Shown: positions 26,331 to 35,254 of the stretch, piece by piece
Position numbering within the stretch: the first letter of the stretch is position 1
Layout: each line of letters begins with the position of its first letter
Virus record (IMG/VR): IMGVR_UViG_3300048074_000119
Source of the DNA: a virus
Strand: one strand, 5' to 3'
Length of the DNA: 64,000 nt
Program-made: the position numbers and the translations under genes
The notes under the pieces: model-generated
Seen by the model: only the letters and a program-made list of their open reading frames with translations
Told to the model about the DNA's origin: nothing
Database searches by the model: none

Positions 26331-26923
26331 ACGGGGCGGAACGCAAGAGGGTGGTGGAGGAGATCGAGCGGGCGCCACAACGTCAGCACGAGCACCGTGT
26401 ACTCGTGCTCACGAACGGGTATGCGCCCCACAAGGTCGTGTCGTGGGATCGCGCGATCACGATGATCTACACGAACAAGGTCGAGGTGGTGGAGCACACC
26501 GACGAGGTCATCTACCAGAAGGGCGACCTGACCATCCACATGCCCTCAGTGGTCCGCCTGTCGAAGCCGACGCCCCGCCTCAAGAAGGCGATCAAGTTCT
26601 CGAGGATGAACGTGTTCACGCGCGACGGGTTCAGCTGCTGCTACTGCGGCAGCCCGAAGCGGATGCACGAGCTCAACTACGACCACGTCGTCCCGCGGGA
26701 GCACGGTGGCAAGACGGTCTGGGAGAACATCGTCTCGGCCTGCTACCCGTGCAACTCGAGGAAGGCGAACCGGACGCCGGAGCAGGCGGGCATGAAGCTC
26801 CTGCGCCGTCCGCACAAGCCGAAGCACCTGCCGATGATGGGCCCGAGGTTCGATCCGAAGGACATCCCTCCGGCATGGGTCGAGTGGGTGAAAGACTTCT
26901 TCGTCCAAGAGGCGGTGGCATGA
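26327..26923 (+). CDS. HNH endonuclease
   Basis: RDGFSCCYCG, DHVVP..HGG..WEN.V.AC..CN..K. Confidence 0.92.
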   Translation: MNGAERKRVVEEIERAPQRQHEHRVLVLTNGYAPHKVVSWDRAITMIYTNKVEVVEHTDEVIYQKGDLTIHMPSVVRLSKPTPRLKKAIKFSRMNVFTRDGFSCCYCGSPKRMHELNYDHVVPREHGGKTVWENIVSACYPCNSRKANRTPEQAGMKLLRRPHKPKHLPMMGPRFDPKDIPPAWVEWVKDFFVQEAVA

Positions 26924-27750
26924 CGATCGCGGAACTCTTCGTCTTCATCCCCGCCATGATGGCGCTGCTCGGCTTCATGGCGGGTCGATGGCAGAACCCT
27001 TCGCTCGCCCGCATCCCGCTGGAAGTCTGGTTCTTCGGCCTGTTCGCTGGGGCCGCGACCATCATCGGGCCGCACTCGCGCAACGGTCAGCTGTGCTCGG
27101 TGGCGGCCGCGGTGCTGGCGGGCGCCGTCGTCTACAAGTTCGCCGCGGGGACGCCCGCGCGCTGGGAGCACTTGAAGGGGCTGGTCGTCGATCGGTCGAA
27201 CACCGCCGCCATGGTGAAGTGGTTCCGCACGCGCACGATGGAGGCGACGGGCATCGTGTGGGTGGTGCCATCCGTGGTGGTGGACAACCAGATCATCTGC
27301 GCGGGTACCGGGTCCACGAGCTACGCGGTGGCGGTCGAGGGCGAGTTCCCCTTCGAGTTTTTCGAGGTGCTGCGCACGTTGAACAAGGACGTGCCGATGT
27401 CGAAGGTCTACGAGGTGAGCGCGGGGAAACTGCTGAGCGAAGTCATGGAGCATTCGCCCGCCGAAGTGTTCGCGGCCGCCCGGATGCCGAACGGTCAGTG
27501 GATCTCGATCTGCAACAGCGGCGTCACCGCAGCGGTCACCGAACGCATGGTGCAGCAGGGGCGTGGCAACCCGCTGTCGGTGCGTCACGCGATGCAGCGT
27601 GCACGGCTGGTCGAGATGTTCACCAGGGTCTCGTCCGACGAGAGCAGCATTCACTTCCGCGGCGACGGATCCGATGGCCCCTTCCCGATCTTCGTGACGT
27701 CGATCGCCGACGTGGAGACCGATCTCAAGCGAAGCGCCGGACGAGGTTGA
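26920..27750 (+). CDS. membrane protein
   Basis: Three N-terminal TM segments. Confidence 0.55.
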   Translation: MTIAELFVFIPAMMALLGFMAGRWQNPSLARIPLEVWFFGLFAGAATIIGPHSRNGQLCSVAAAVLAGAVVYKFAAGTPARWEHLKGLVVDRSNTAAMVKWFRTRTMEATGIVWVVPSVVVDNQIICAGTGSTSYAVAVEGEFPFEFFEVLRTLNKDVPMSKVYEVSAGKLLSEVMEHSPAEVFAAARMPNGQWISICNSGVTAAVTERMVQQGRGNPLSVRHAMQRARLVEMFTRVSSDESSIHFRGDGSDGPFPIFVTSIADVETDLKRSAGRG

Positions 27751-28231
27751 CGAGCGCCGCGACGCCCTCCTCGTTGTGGAGCGCGATGCTGGTCTCGAAC
27801 ACGTCGACATCGTCGTGCCCGGCCCACCGGGTGAACACGCACTCGGCCGCGCCGTCGCAGAACCGTGCCTCGATGTCCCCGTGGGGCAGGTTCCATTCGG
27901 CCTGAACGTGACCCTCGGGCGTGGGGAACAGGTGCGGTTGGGGGACGCCGAGGATCTCGAGGCGCGCGAAGAGCGCGATCAGCCAAGTGACCTCGGAGGC
28001 GGGGATGGGTTCGCCCTTGCCGTAGAGCCACCCCGCCTCGAGCTGGGCGAGTTGGGTGAGGCGTTCGGCGCAGCTGGGGCGAGAGGCGGGCCCCAAGGTC
28101 TCGAGCTCGGCGCGGGCCTTCTCTCGAACGGAGGGGTGGATGGGGCGGCCCCTGGTCTTGCTCGTGTCCCGCATGAACGTGCGCCAAGAGTGGTAGCGGG
28201 CTTCGTGGTGCGGATCGACTGGCGCGTTCAC
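27725..28231 (-). CDS. hypothetical phage protein
   Basis: Isolated minus-strand ORF; L..GW..G.G.P and PHLFPTPEG.VQAEW pattern. Confidence 0.55.
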   Translation of the reverse strand: MNAPVDPHHEARYHSWRTFMRDTSKTRGRPIHPSVREKARAELETLGPASRPSCAERLTQLAQLEAGWLYGKGEPIPASEVTWLIALFARLEILGVPQPHLFPTPEGHVQAEWNLPHGDIEARFCDGAAECVFTRWAGHDDVDVFETSIALHNEEGVAALVNLVRRFA

Positions 28232-28304
28232 CCCCTGATCCTACCACGCGCTTGCGCCGCGCTTCGGGATTGAGGCCCGTCCTCGAGCCCGGTACGGTTC
28301 TCGG

Positions 28305-28374
28305 GCCGTTGTCCCACTGGCGGGAGGGGCCCACTTGTAGGGGCCCGGAGCGGGTTCGATTCCCGTCGGCGGCT
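28305..28374 (+). tRNA. tRNA-Thr(TGT)-like with 8-nt anticodon loop
   Basis: GCCGTTG/CGGCGGC; stem GGGCCC/GGGCCC around ACTTGTAG; T loop TTCGATT. Confidence 0.65.
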
Positions 28375-28390
28375 CTGGTACCGTTCCTGG

Positions 28391-28840
28391 GTGACCGAAG
28401 TAACCACCCTCGTCAAGACCCACTGGTTCGTGCTGGTCGCCGCGGTACTGATCGGCGCCTTCATCCGCTTGCTCAAGGCGGACACGGTGTTTCCGTTCAC
28501 CATCCACAACAAGCGCTGGTACGCCCCGCTGTCGATCGCGCTCGGGCTGGTGGCCGCGCTGGTGGACCACACCCTCTTCGCGACCGTCTGGAAGATGGCG
28601 ATCCTGCGGGGTCTGTTCGCGGGGTTCCTGCCGGTCGTGGGGCACGACGTCATGGTCAAGAGCGTGCTGACGGCGGTGCTGTCGAAGGCCGGCTTCAAGG
28701 ACGTCCCGGTGGGTCGGCTCCTCTCGATCGACGACGAGAAGGAGGCGAAGGAGGCCGAGGCGAAGGCGGAGAAGTTGAAGGCCGAGGCGAAAAAGGACGC
28801 GGACGCAGAGCCGGAGTCGGACGCCCCGACCGCCTCCTAG
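28391..28840 (+). CDS. holin-like membrane protein
   Basis: Three TM helices, highly charged C-tail. Confidence 0.55.
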   Translation: MTEVTTLVKTHWFVLVAAVLIGAFIRLLKADTVFPFTIHNKRWYAPLSIALGLVAALVDHTLFATVWKMAILRGLFAGFLPVVGHDVMVKSVLTAVLSKAGFKDVPVGRLLSIDDEKEAKEAEAKAEKLKAEAKKDADAEPESDAPTAS

Positions 28841-28920
28841 GAAGCGTTCTGGTCCGTACCTTGCCAGGTACGGGACCGTTCGGTGGACAGTCTTGGACCT
28901 CGGCGCGTACCGTGTGGACC

Positions 28921-29889
28921 ATGAGCAGTCTCACGGTCCGTTCCCGCCTCGCGTCCATCATCGAGCAGCTCGACACGTGCCAGCGCCGCAAGCTGGTGCT
29001 GCCGTTCCGCAGTCAGATCGTTTCTCCTGGCACCACGCGAGAGTTGGCTGCGTATCCGCAGCACATGTTCGCAGCACGCCACCTCGCGATCACGGTGTCA
29101 GCGCCTGCCGCTGCCGAACGGCCCGAGCCGTTGCTGGAGTCGGACATCAACCAAGTCTTCGTGGACGACCTCAGGACCGGGACCCAGTCGGACTTCTCGA
29201 CCGTGGGCGGCGTGCCGATCCGTAGCTTCGGCAACAAGGACCTGCACCTGCCGGCGAGCAGCGCTGGCCTCCAGCACACCCTGGTCGTCACCAACCGCGG
29301 AAGCGTGCCGGTCGTCGTCTACGCGACGATGTTCGGGGACGCGATCCGGTCCAGCGGCACGCAGCGCATCCGAGAGTCGCTCCACCAGCTCTACGAAGAG
29401 GTCCCGTCGGACACGGAGTGCCTCAAGCCGAAGGCTGGTGACGGGAACGATCGCGCCACCGCGGCGATGGTCGAGCACCTGCGCCGGATCATGTACCCGC
29501 AGGTGTCGTCCGACGCTGGACCAACGACATCGTGGATCGCCTTCTCCGAGGCACGGCTGGCGCCCTTCAAGGAAGCCACGATGGAGGTGGTGCCCCAAGA
29601 GGAGGTGCAGATCGCCGAGCTGGACTTCTCGGCGTCCTTGCCGCGCGAGGCTGGTGGTCTGATCGCGCCCGACGACTTGGACCGCCTGTTGGTCCAAGAC
29701 ATCTTGGTCGGTGGAGTGTCCCAGTTCGTAGGGAGCGGCGCCGTACCGATCAGCCACTTCAAGGGTCAGAAGCTCGGCTTCGACCGGGTTGTCTTCGGGC
29801 AGACGGTGGCGCTGCGCGTCCTCAACGTGGGTCCTGGCGAGGTGCAGCTCTCGGCGGTGGCGCGCGCGGGGCGAGAGGTGGCGTTCTGA
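28921..29889 (+). CDS. protein with two tandem beta-sandwich domains of the 59656 family
   Basis: Two copies of ..V(D/Q)D...G..S.F...G.VP...F motif. Preceded by TGGACA-18-TACCGT, 7 nt before ATG. Confidence 0.7.
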   Translation: MSSLTVRSRLASIIEQLDTCQRRKLVLPFRSQIVSPGTTRELAAYPQHMFAARHLAITVSAPAAAERPEPLLESDINQVFVDDLRTGTQSDFSTVGGVPIRSFGNKDLHLPASSAGLQHTLVVTNRGSVPVVVYATMFGDAIRSSGTQRIRESLHQLYEEVPSDTECLKPKAGDGNDRATAAMVEHLRRIMYPQVSSDAGPTTSWIAFSEARLAPFKEATMEVVPQEEVQIAELDFSASLPREAGGLIAPDDLDRLLVQDILVGGVSQFVGSGAVPISHFKGQKLGFDRVVFGQTVALRVLNVGPGEVQLSAVARAGREVAF

Positions 29890-30506
29890 TGGCCAAGACC
29901 CCGACCGCCGAGCAGCGCGAGCGCGAGCTCTTGGAGCACCAGGTCCACACGAACACCCACCTGATGGGGCGCATGGTCGCCCTGCTCGAGGGTGAGCAGG
30001 ACCTGCGCAAGCGCGAGATGGAGCTGCGCGAGAAGGACGAACACCTCAAGGGCGAGCACGAGAAGTTCCTGAGGGACAAGCGGGAGAAGCTGTTCACGCT
30101 GCTGTTGCCGCTGCTGCCGGTGTTGATGCCAAGGTTCGTGGAGAGCATCCAGAAGCTGTTCGACGGCAAGAACGGCACGTTCCAAGCGATGAGCGACGAC
30201 CTGAAGGGCATGCCGATCGCGGAGATGAACGTCCTGCTCGGCACGCTGACCGACGAGCAGATCGAGAACATCTCGAAGGCGCTCTTCAAGGCGCAGATCG
30301 CGGGTCTGGACCGCAAGACGCTGCTCGCGGCCCGCTCCGGTGACATCGGCGCCATCATGGGGACCTTCAGCTTCATGCGCGCCCTCGACGAGGAAGGTGT
30401 CAAGATCCTCATCGGGAACCTCGAGCCCGGCCAGTCCGCTGCGTTCGTGGAACTGTTCTCGCGCGTGGCGGAGAGAGACGCTGCCAAGTCCAAGCCCTCG
30501 GCCTGA
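29889..30506 (+). CDS. helical hypothetical protein
   Basis: Coupled start. Confidence 0.55.
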   Translation: MAKTPTAEQRERELLEHQVHTNTHLMGRMVALLEGEQDLRKREMELREKDEHLKGEHEKFLRDKREKLFTLLLPLLPVLMPRFVESIQKLFDGKNGTFQAMSDDLKGMPIAEMNVLLGTLTDEQIENISKALFKAQIAGLDRKTLLAARSGDIGAIMGTFSFMRALDEEGVKILIGNLEPGQSAAFVELFSRVAERDAAKSKPSA

Positions 30507-30514
30507 CGGGCCGG

Positions 30515-30544
30515 TTGACCGAGCGGACCGGACTGGGCCATACT
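30515..30544 (+). promoter_or_regulatory. sigma70-like promoter
   Basis: TTGACC-18-CATACT; ATG 6 nt downstream. Confidence 0.6.
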
Positions 30545-30594
30545 AGGGCCATGGTGGGCCGTTCGACGATGCCGTGCCGAAGGGGAGGTGCAGC

Positions 30595-30801
30595 GTGAGC
30601 TACCCGATCTGTCGATCCTGTCTCACCGATGATGAGGAAGCCATCCTCCTGGCGCGTGTGCCTGACTCCTCCGTCCGTTGCATCCGCTGCTTCAGGCCGG
30701 CGGAGATCGAAGCGCGTCGCACCCCCGCTCGTGTCGACCCGACCCGCGCCAACATGGTCTCTCCCGGCGTGTACGGCCCGTACCTCGGAGAGAAATCGTG
30801 A
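30595..30801 (+). CDS. small zinc-ribbon protein
   Basis: CRSC...CIRC; RBS GGGGAGGT. Confidence 0.5.
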   Translation: MSYPICRSCLTDDEEAILLARVPDSSVRCIRCFRPAEIEARRTPARVDPTRANMVSPGVYGPYLGEKS

Positions 30802-31007
30802 GCGTCAATGCGCGCAAGCGGGTGCTCGAGTACACAGGGGCCTCCCCCCACGCGAGCTACCCGAAGTGCGGGCCCTGCGTCGAGGCCGAGCTGGCCCATC
30901 GCCGCGCGGAGGGCCGTGCGTCGATGCGGCGGCTGGCCGTGCTCTCGGGCTTGGTGGTGGCGTACCTGCTGGTCATCTGGCGGTTCGCCGCCTTGGGGTG
31001 GCTGTGA
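30798..31007 (+). CDS. small membrane protein
   Basis: C-terminal TM. Confidence 0.45.
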   Translation: MSVNARKRVLEYTGASPHASYPKCGPCVEAELAHRRAEGRASMRRLAVLSGLVVAYLLVIWRFAALGWL

Positions 31008-31636
31008 TCGGGCGCCTGGTCGGTCGCGTGGTCGCGCAGGACGACGACGTGTGCACGATCGACGTGGGTGGCGTCGGCTACGACGTGACGGTGCCATCGG
31101 GTACGGTCGCGCGGGCGCAGCGCGAGCCGCCGGAAGAACGGGTGGTGGTCCACGTGCACACGGTCGTGCGCGAGGATGCGTTCCAGCTCTTCGGGTTCGC
31201 GTCGCAGATGGAGCGGGCGGTCTTCCGGGCGATGCTCGCGGTGTCGGGCATCGGTCCGAAGACGGCGGTCGGCATCCTCTCAGCGCTCCCCGTGACGAGC
31301 CTACGTGATGCGGTCGAGAGCAAGGACCTCGCGCGCCTGACGGACGTGCCCGGCATCGGCAAGAAGACGGCCGAGCGGATCGTGCTCGAGCTGGCGGGGA
31401 AGCTCGGGATGGTTCCTGGCAGCCCCACTGTCCCGACCGCCGCAAGCAAGGGAGCGGTCCAAGCGCCCTCGGCCCACGTGCGGGAGAGGACCCAGTCGCT
31501 CCAGGGGGCGCTGGCTGGCCTGGGCTTCAAGCCCGCGGTGGTGGAGCACGCGGTGGAAGCCGTTCGAGCTCGCATCGCGACCGACGTCCCGTTGCCCGAC
31601 CTTCTGCGTGAGGCGCTCGCCTTCACGAGCCGGTAG
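31004..31636 (+). CDS. ruvA: Holliday junction branch migration protein RuvA
   Basis: IDVGGVGYDV, HTVVREDAFQLFGF, VSGIGPKTA, VPGIGKKTAERIVLEL. Confidence 0.95.
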   Translation: MIGRLVGRVVAQDDDVCTIDVGGVGYDVTVPSGTVARAQREPPEERVVVHVHTVVREDAFQLFGFASQMERAVFRAMLAVSGIGPKTAVGILSALPVTSLRDAVESKDLARLTDVPGIGKKTAERIVLELAGKLGMVPGSPTVPTAASKGAVQAPSAHVRERTQSLQGALAGLGFKPAVVEHAVEAVRARIATDVPLPDLLREALAFTSR

Positions 31637-32023
31637 ACTGCCGAGGATGTTCGCGCAGACGTCGATCCGGACGACGAACCTGTCGTACGACCACGCCACG
31701 ATGGCCATCGGGTGCAACTGGCCGCCGAGCATCACCCACGCTCAAGGGCCGCTCGCCGCGCCCCCGCCCGCCGCCTACGGCCGCCTCCTGAAGGCGTTCG
31801 GGGAGGTGGTGGCCAACGCGAGCGTGGCCATGCGCCTGGCCTCGCGCGCGGCCGCCCGCCCGCGCCTGCCCGCGGGGGAACGGGTCGAGGCTGCCTGGGT
31901 GCCCCCTCCCCTCACGTGGCTCACGCCCCCTCCGCCCCGCCCGCACCTCAAGGCTCGGTCGCCCCGCCGCCGCCGAAACCTACGGATTCGCCGTCGGTCG
32001 ACCCGCCCGGCCCGGTGGCCCTC

Positions 32024-32052
32024 TTGACAGGGCGCGGGACCGTTCTCATTCT
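32024..32052 (+). promoter_or_regulatory. sigma70-like promoter
   Basis: TTGACA-17-CATTCT. Confidence 0.6.
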
Positions 32053-32164
32053 GATGGAACCGCTCCGGTCAGTAGCCCATCTTCGCAGCCCCTCCGGGAC
32101 CTTCTCGTCATGAACCCATAGCACCGACGCCACGCTCGCATCCTCGGACCCCCTGACCCACTAC

Positions 32165-32458
32165 GTGGTGGTGCGGTCCGACCTACCGCGAGGCTTGCAG
32201 GCCGCGCACATCGTCCATGCCGCTGGCGAAAGCAGCTCGGGCGCTCTCCCGAAGGACACCCACGCGGTGGTCCTGACGGTGAAGGGCGAGCCGGAGCTGC
32301 AAGCGCTGGCGCAGCGCCTCGAGCGCGCGGGCGTGCCACACGTGCTGATCGACGAGCCGGACGCGCCCTTCTTCGGGCAGGCGACCGCCATCGGAATCGT
32401 TCCCGCGCGAAAGGAGGCCGTGCGACGACAGCTGTCGTCGTTGCCGCTCTTGCGGTAG
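32165..32458 (+). CDS. peptidyl-tRNA hydrolase PTH2-like protein
   Basis: YVVVRSDLPRGLQAAHIVHA and EPD....TAIG. Start uncertain. Confidence 0.75.
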   Translation: MVVRSDLPRGLQAAHIVHAAGESSSGALPKDTHAVVLTVKGEPELQALAQRLERAGVPHVLIDEPDAPFFGQATAIGIVPARKEAVRRQLSSLPLLR

Positions 32459-32463
32459 ATCCC

Positions 32464-32546
32464 GGGGGAGTAGCTCATCGGCAGAGCACCGCCGTGACCC
32501 TTGCGGTTTCGGTGGAGGCAGGTCGGTTCAATTCCACCCTCCCCCA
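32464..32546 (+). ncRNA. tRNA-like RNA with elongated anticodon arm
   Basis: GGGGGAG/CTCCCCC; normal D arm; 27-nt anticodon arm; bulged T stem. Confidence 0.7.
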
Positions 32547-32549
32547 CGA

Positions 32550-32624
32550 GCGCTCTTAGCTCAAATGGTAGAGCACCCGGCTTATGGCGTCGGGATGTTG
32601 CAGGTTCAAGTCCTGCAGAGCGCG
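32550..32624 (+). tRNA. tRNA-Ile(TAT)-like with 9-nt anticodon loop
   Basis: GCGCTCT/AGAGCGC; canonical D and T arms; loop CTTATGGCG. Confidence 0.7.
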
Positions 32625-32631
32625 CAACGAG

Positions 32632-32889
32632 TCAGGCGGCGAAGGCGTAGGCGCGGCTGCCACCGGCCCCGATGTGGGGACAGAAGTAGACCTCGTCGAC
32701 GACGTCGGCGAAGGCGTCCATGTCGAGGCGCCGTCCGTCGCGATCGTAGGCCTGCCAGTCGTCCTTCGGCCGCCCGGTGTTGCGCGTCAGGCGAATGGCG
32801 ATGTCGCGCGCGTCGCCGACGGTCTGGAACGGCAGCAGCTCGAGGTCGACGGGGACACCTCCGATGACGACGCGCAGTGGGTGGGTCAT
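32632..32889 (-). CDS. DUF2604-like ubiquitin-like protein with GG plus extension
   Basis: V.IGG.PV.....TRNTGRP.DDW...D.DG..LD...GAGG-SRAYAFAA. Confidence 0.6.
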   Translation of the reverse strand: MTHPLRVVIGGVPVDLELLPFQTVGDARDIAIRLTRNTGRPKDDWQAYDRDGRRLDMDAFADVVDEVYFCPHIGAGGSRAYAFAA

Positions 32890-33266
32890 CGCCGACTCCG
32901 GATGAAGGCCCGCATGCCGACGATCTTGTTGGCTGCCTGCACCAAGTCGGTCACGTCGCCCAGGTTCCAGCCTCGCACGTTCAGGACCGTTCCTGGGCGT
33001 CCCGACGGGACGATCGCGATGGGAGCCCCGTCCTGCGCGTAGACCGTCCACGGGGGCAGCGGGGTGACCGGGAGTGCGGCTCCGGCCTTGAGGCGCTCGT
33101 CGAGCTCGAGCGCCCGCGCCTCGGCGTCCTTGAGGTCGGCGATGAGGTCGAGCATCTCCTGCGCAGTCGTGTTCATGGGGGCCCAGCCCTCGCCACAGGC
33201 AGCCTCCCAGCGAGCGATCCGCTCGTCGGACGTACGTCGACCCGTCGGGGGCTTGGCGTCGCTCAC
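32886..33266 (-). CDS. hypothetical protein
   Basis: Coupled ORF. Confidence 0.45.
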   Translation of the reverse strand: MSDAKPPTGRRTSDERIARWEAACGEGWAPMNTTAQEMLDLIADLKDAEARALELDERLKAGAALPVTPLPPWTVYAQDGAPIAIVPSGRPGTVLNVRGWNLGDVTDLVQAANKIVGMRAFIRSRR

Positions 33267-33697
33267 CGCTCGCCCGTGAGCTTGGCGAAGGCGACACCGG
33301 CATCGAACGCGATGGCCATCGCTGCCAAGCGCTCGCCCCGCTCCTCGGGCGCCATAGCGGGCCACTTCGCAGCCTCGTGTTCGGCGAAGCGGTGGGCGGC
33401 ATCCGAGATGCTGCGGTCGTCGAAGGCGTCGGTGGTGACGAGCAGGCGCGCCCAGACGGCGTCGGCGCTCGGCGGATCGTGGAGCGCGGCCTCGCCCGTC
33501 GGAGTGAGCGTGTAGATGGCCCCCCGTGCGTCGAGGCGCTTCGTGAGCAGCCCGCGTGCGACCAACGGGTCCAGTGTCAGCTCACCATCGGTCGGCAGTG
33601 CTGGTTGGAAGCTGTGCCGATATCCAGCAGCACGCTCGCCCACGGACTTCACCCAGTTGAGGTTGTGGCGCGTGGCTTGATCGATGGTGTTGCTCAT
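33263..33697 (-). CDS. hypothetical protein, possible wHTH
   Basis: LVARGLL.K......IYTLTPTG. Confidence 0.5.
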   Translation of the reverse strand: MSNTIDQATRHNLNWVKSVGERAAGYRHSFQPALPTDGELTLDPLVARGLLTKRLDARGAIYTLTPTGEAALHDPPSADAVWARLLVTTDAFDDRSISDAAHRFAEHEAAKWPAMAPEERGERLAAMAIAFDAGVAFAKLTGER

Positions 33698-33700
33698 GGC

Positions 33701-34084
33701 CTACGCGATCTTGGTGACGATCACGCGGCCTTCGGCGTCGCGCGTGACCAGGGAGTTGCCGAGACGCTGCGACCGAGGGACGGTCTTCCGTGTCCGTCGG
33801 ACCGGTTGCTCGCCGGTGGCGTCGGCTGCCCGGCTCGCCTCGACCAGCTGGCGCTCCCGTTCCACGACATCGGCCTGGGTCGACCGGCGATCGCGGATCT
33901 TGGCGCACGACCGGTTGACCATGGCGAGGTGCACGGCGCAGCGGACGCGCCCGGCAACGGGGGCCCTGGCGCAGCACCGCTCCACGCACAGGCCCAGGTC
34001 TCGGCGCTCCTGGTAGCTGAGCCTGCGCTGCGTCGGCTCCACCAAGGGTGATGTGTCGGACAGCGCTGTCCCCTCGAAACTCAT
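33701..34084 (-). CDS. zinc-finger protein
   Basis: LCVERCC..PV.GRVRC..HL, similar to repeats in 56350. Confidence 0.55.
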   Translation of the reverse strand: MSFEGTALSDTSPLVEPTQRRLSYQERRDLGLCVERCCARAPVAGRVRCAVHLAMVNRSCAKIRDRRSTQADVVERERQLVEASRAADATGEQPVRRTRKTVPRSQRLGNSLVTRDAEGRVIVTKIA

Positions 34085-34719
34085 GCCAGGAAGTCTCCGA
34101 TGTTCGGGATGAGGTCGCGACTCGAGCGATCGGCGGTGGGCTCGAACAGTTCCTTGCTCACGGGGCCGTACCGACCCGACACACTGTAAGCACTGGCGAC
34201 GAGCTTGTAGAGGTCGGCGTCGCGGGCTTCGCGCGGTGCAAGCGCATACGCGACCTCGGCCGCGGCCGCCGCATCTTGGAGCTGAAGCTCGATGGCGTCC
34301 GAGGCGATCGCCCGGGCAAGCCGCGCCGCCGCCGAGCGAGCGAGGTCAACGCTCTCCGGCGCGCAGACAACCCGGCCGCCCTTGAGCTCGAACCAGCGGC
34401 ACCGTTCGTCTAGCAGCGAGGACAGGAACGCAAGCGCTGGCGAGCGCCGTCCGAAGAACCAGCATCTGCTGGCCGAAGAGAACAGGGGGAGCCTGGCGTT
34501 CCCGAACGAAACACGGTCGTGCAGGTCGACCGCGTGCCCGCCCCGCACCAACCGTTCCCGCGCCCCCTGCCGTAGGGCCCACCGCTGCCCGGAGCCCGCC
34601 TCGACGAGCTCGTCGGGCTGGCTGTCCCCGGCGATGTTGCCGACGATGAAGTCGCACTCGAGGAACGGCGCTCGCCGCTGCGCCTCGGAGCACATCACCG
34701 CCAGGTGATACTGCAACAT
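34081..34719 (-). CDS. hypothetical protein, leaderless
   Basis: ATG 7 nt after -10 element. Confidence 0.5.
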   Translation of the reverse strand: MLQYHLAVMCSEAQRRAPFLECDFIVGNIAGDSQPDELVEAGSGQRWALRQGARERLVRGGHAVDLHDRVSFGNARLPLFSSASRCWFFGRRSPALAFLSSLLDERCRWFELKGGRVVCAPESVDLARSAAARLARAIASDAIELQLQDAAAAAEVAYALAPREARDADLYKLVASAYSVSGRYGPVSKELFEPTADRSSRDLIPNIGDFLA

Positions 34720-34726
34720 GAGCCGC

Positions 34727-34756
34727 AGTATAGCCCATGACTGGGCCATGTGTCGA
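34727..34756 (-). promoter_or_regulatory. sigma70-like promoter with palindromic spacer
   Basis: Minus strand TCGACA-18-TATACT; spacer GCCCATGACTGGGC. Confidence 0.65.
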
Positions 34757-34774
34757 AGGTGGGTTGAACCGGTC

Positions 34775-35254
34775 CTACCGGGCGGGGGATGGGATGGTCT
34801 GGGCGTGGCGGCCGTAGCCCTCGTCGCCGACGTCCCGGACCAAGTTGATGACCCGTTCCCCCAAGCTGGAGACGGTGAACGGAGGCACGTAGAGGAGCGG
34901 GGTGACCCCAGGAGGCACCCCGTGCTCGCAGAAGAACTCCCCGAAGACGAAGAGCGTCCAGGCGAGCTGCCCGCTCAGCTTGGTGGCCCACTCCCTCGAG
35001 CGCTTGCGCGCGTCCCGCCGCACCCAGATCCGGACCTCGTACTTGTGGGGCTCGTGCTGGATGCACGCCTTGCCCATCTCCCTGTCCCAGCACTCCGGGT
35101 GGATGTTGCAGAGGGGAGCCTCGAACAGGCAGACCCGCTGGGCGAACTGTTCCTTCCGGAGCCAGTAGGCGCCGTTCTTGGTCTCCTCGTGGGTGGCCAG
35201 GCGAAAGGCCTCGGGGCTCTCGATGACCCACTCCCGGCGGACGACGATGCGCAT
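34775..35254 (-). CDS. hypothetical protein
   Basis: Coupled ORF. Confidence 0.5.
   Translation of the reverse strand: MRIVVRREWVIESPEAFRLATHEETKNGAYWLRKEQFAQRVCLFEAPLCNIHPECWDREMGKACIQHEPHKYEVRIWVRRDARKRSREWATKLSGQLAWTLFVFGEFFCEHGVPPGVTPLLYVPPFTVSSLGERVINLVRDVGDEGYGRHAQTIPSPAR

Noticed and set aside
31647-32027. Pro/Arg-rich ORF between ruvA and the PTH2 promoter
   Set aside because: No RBS or motifs, low complexity; may be non-coding.
32110-32164. ATG at 32110 would be in frame with PTH2 if one A were removed
   Set aside because: Cannot separate a sequencing indel from use of GTG 32165; no slippery signal is evident.
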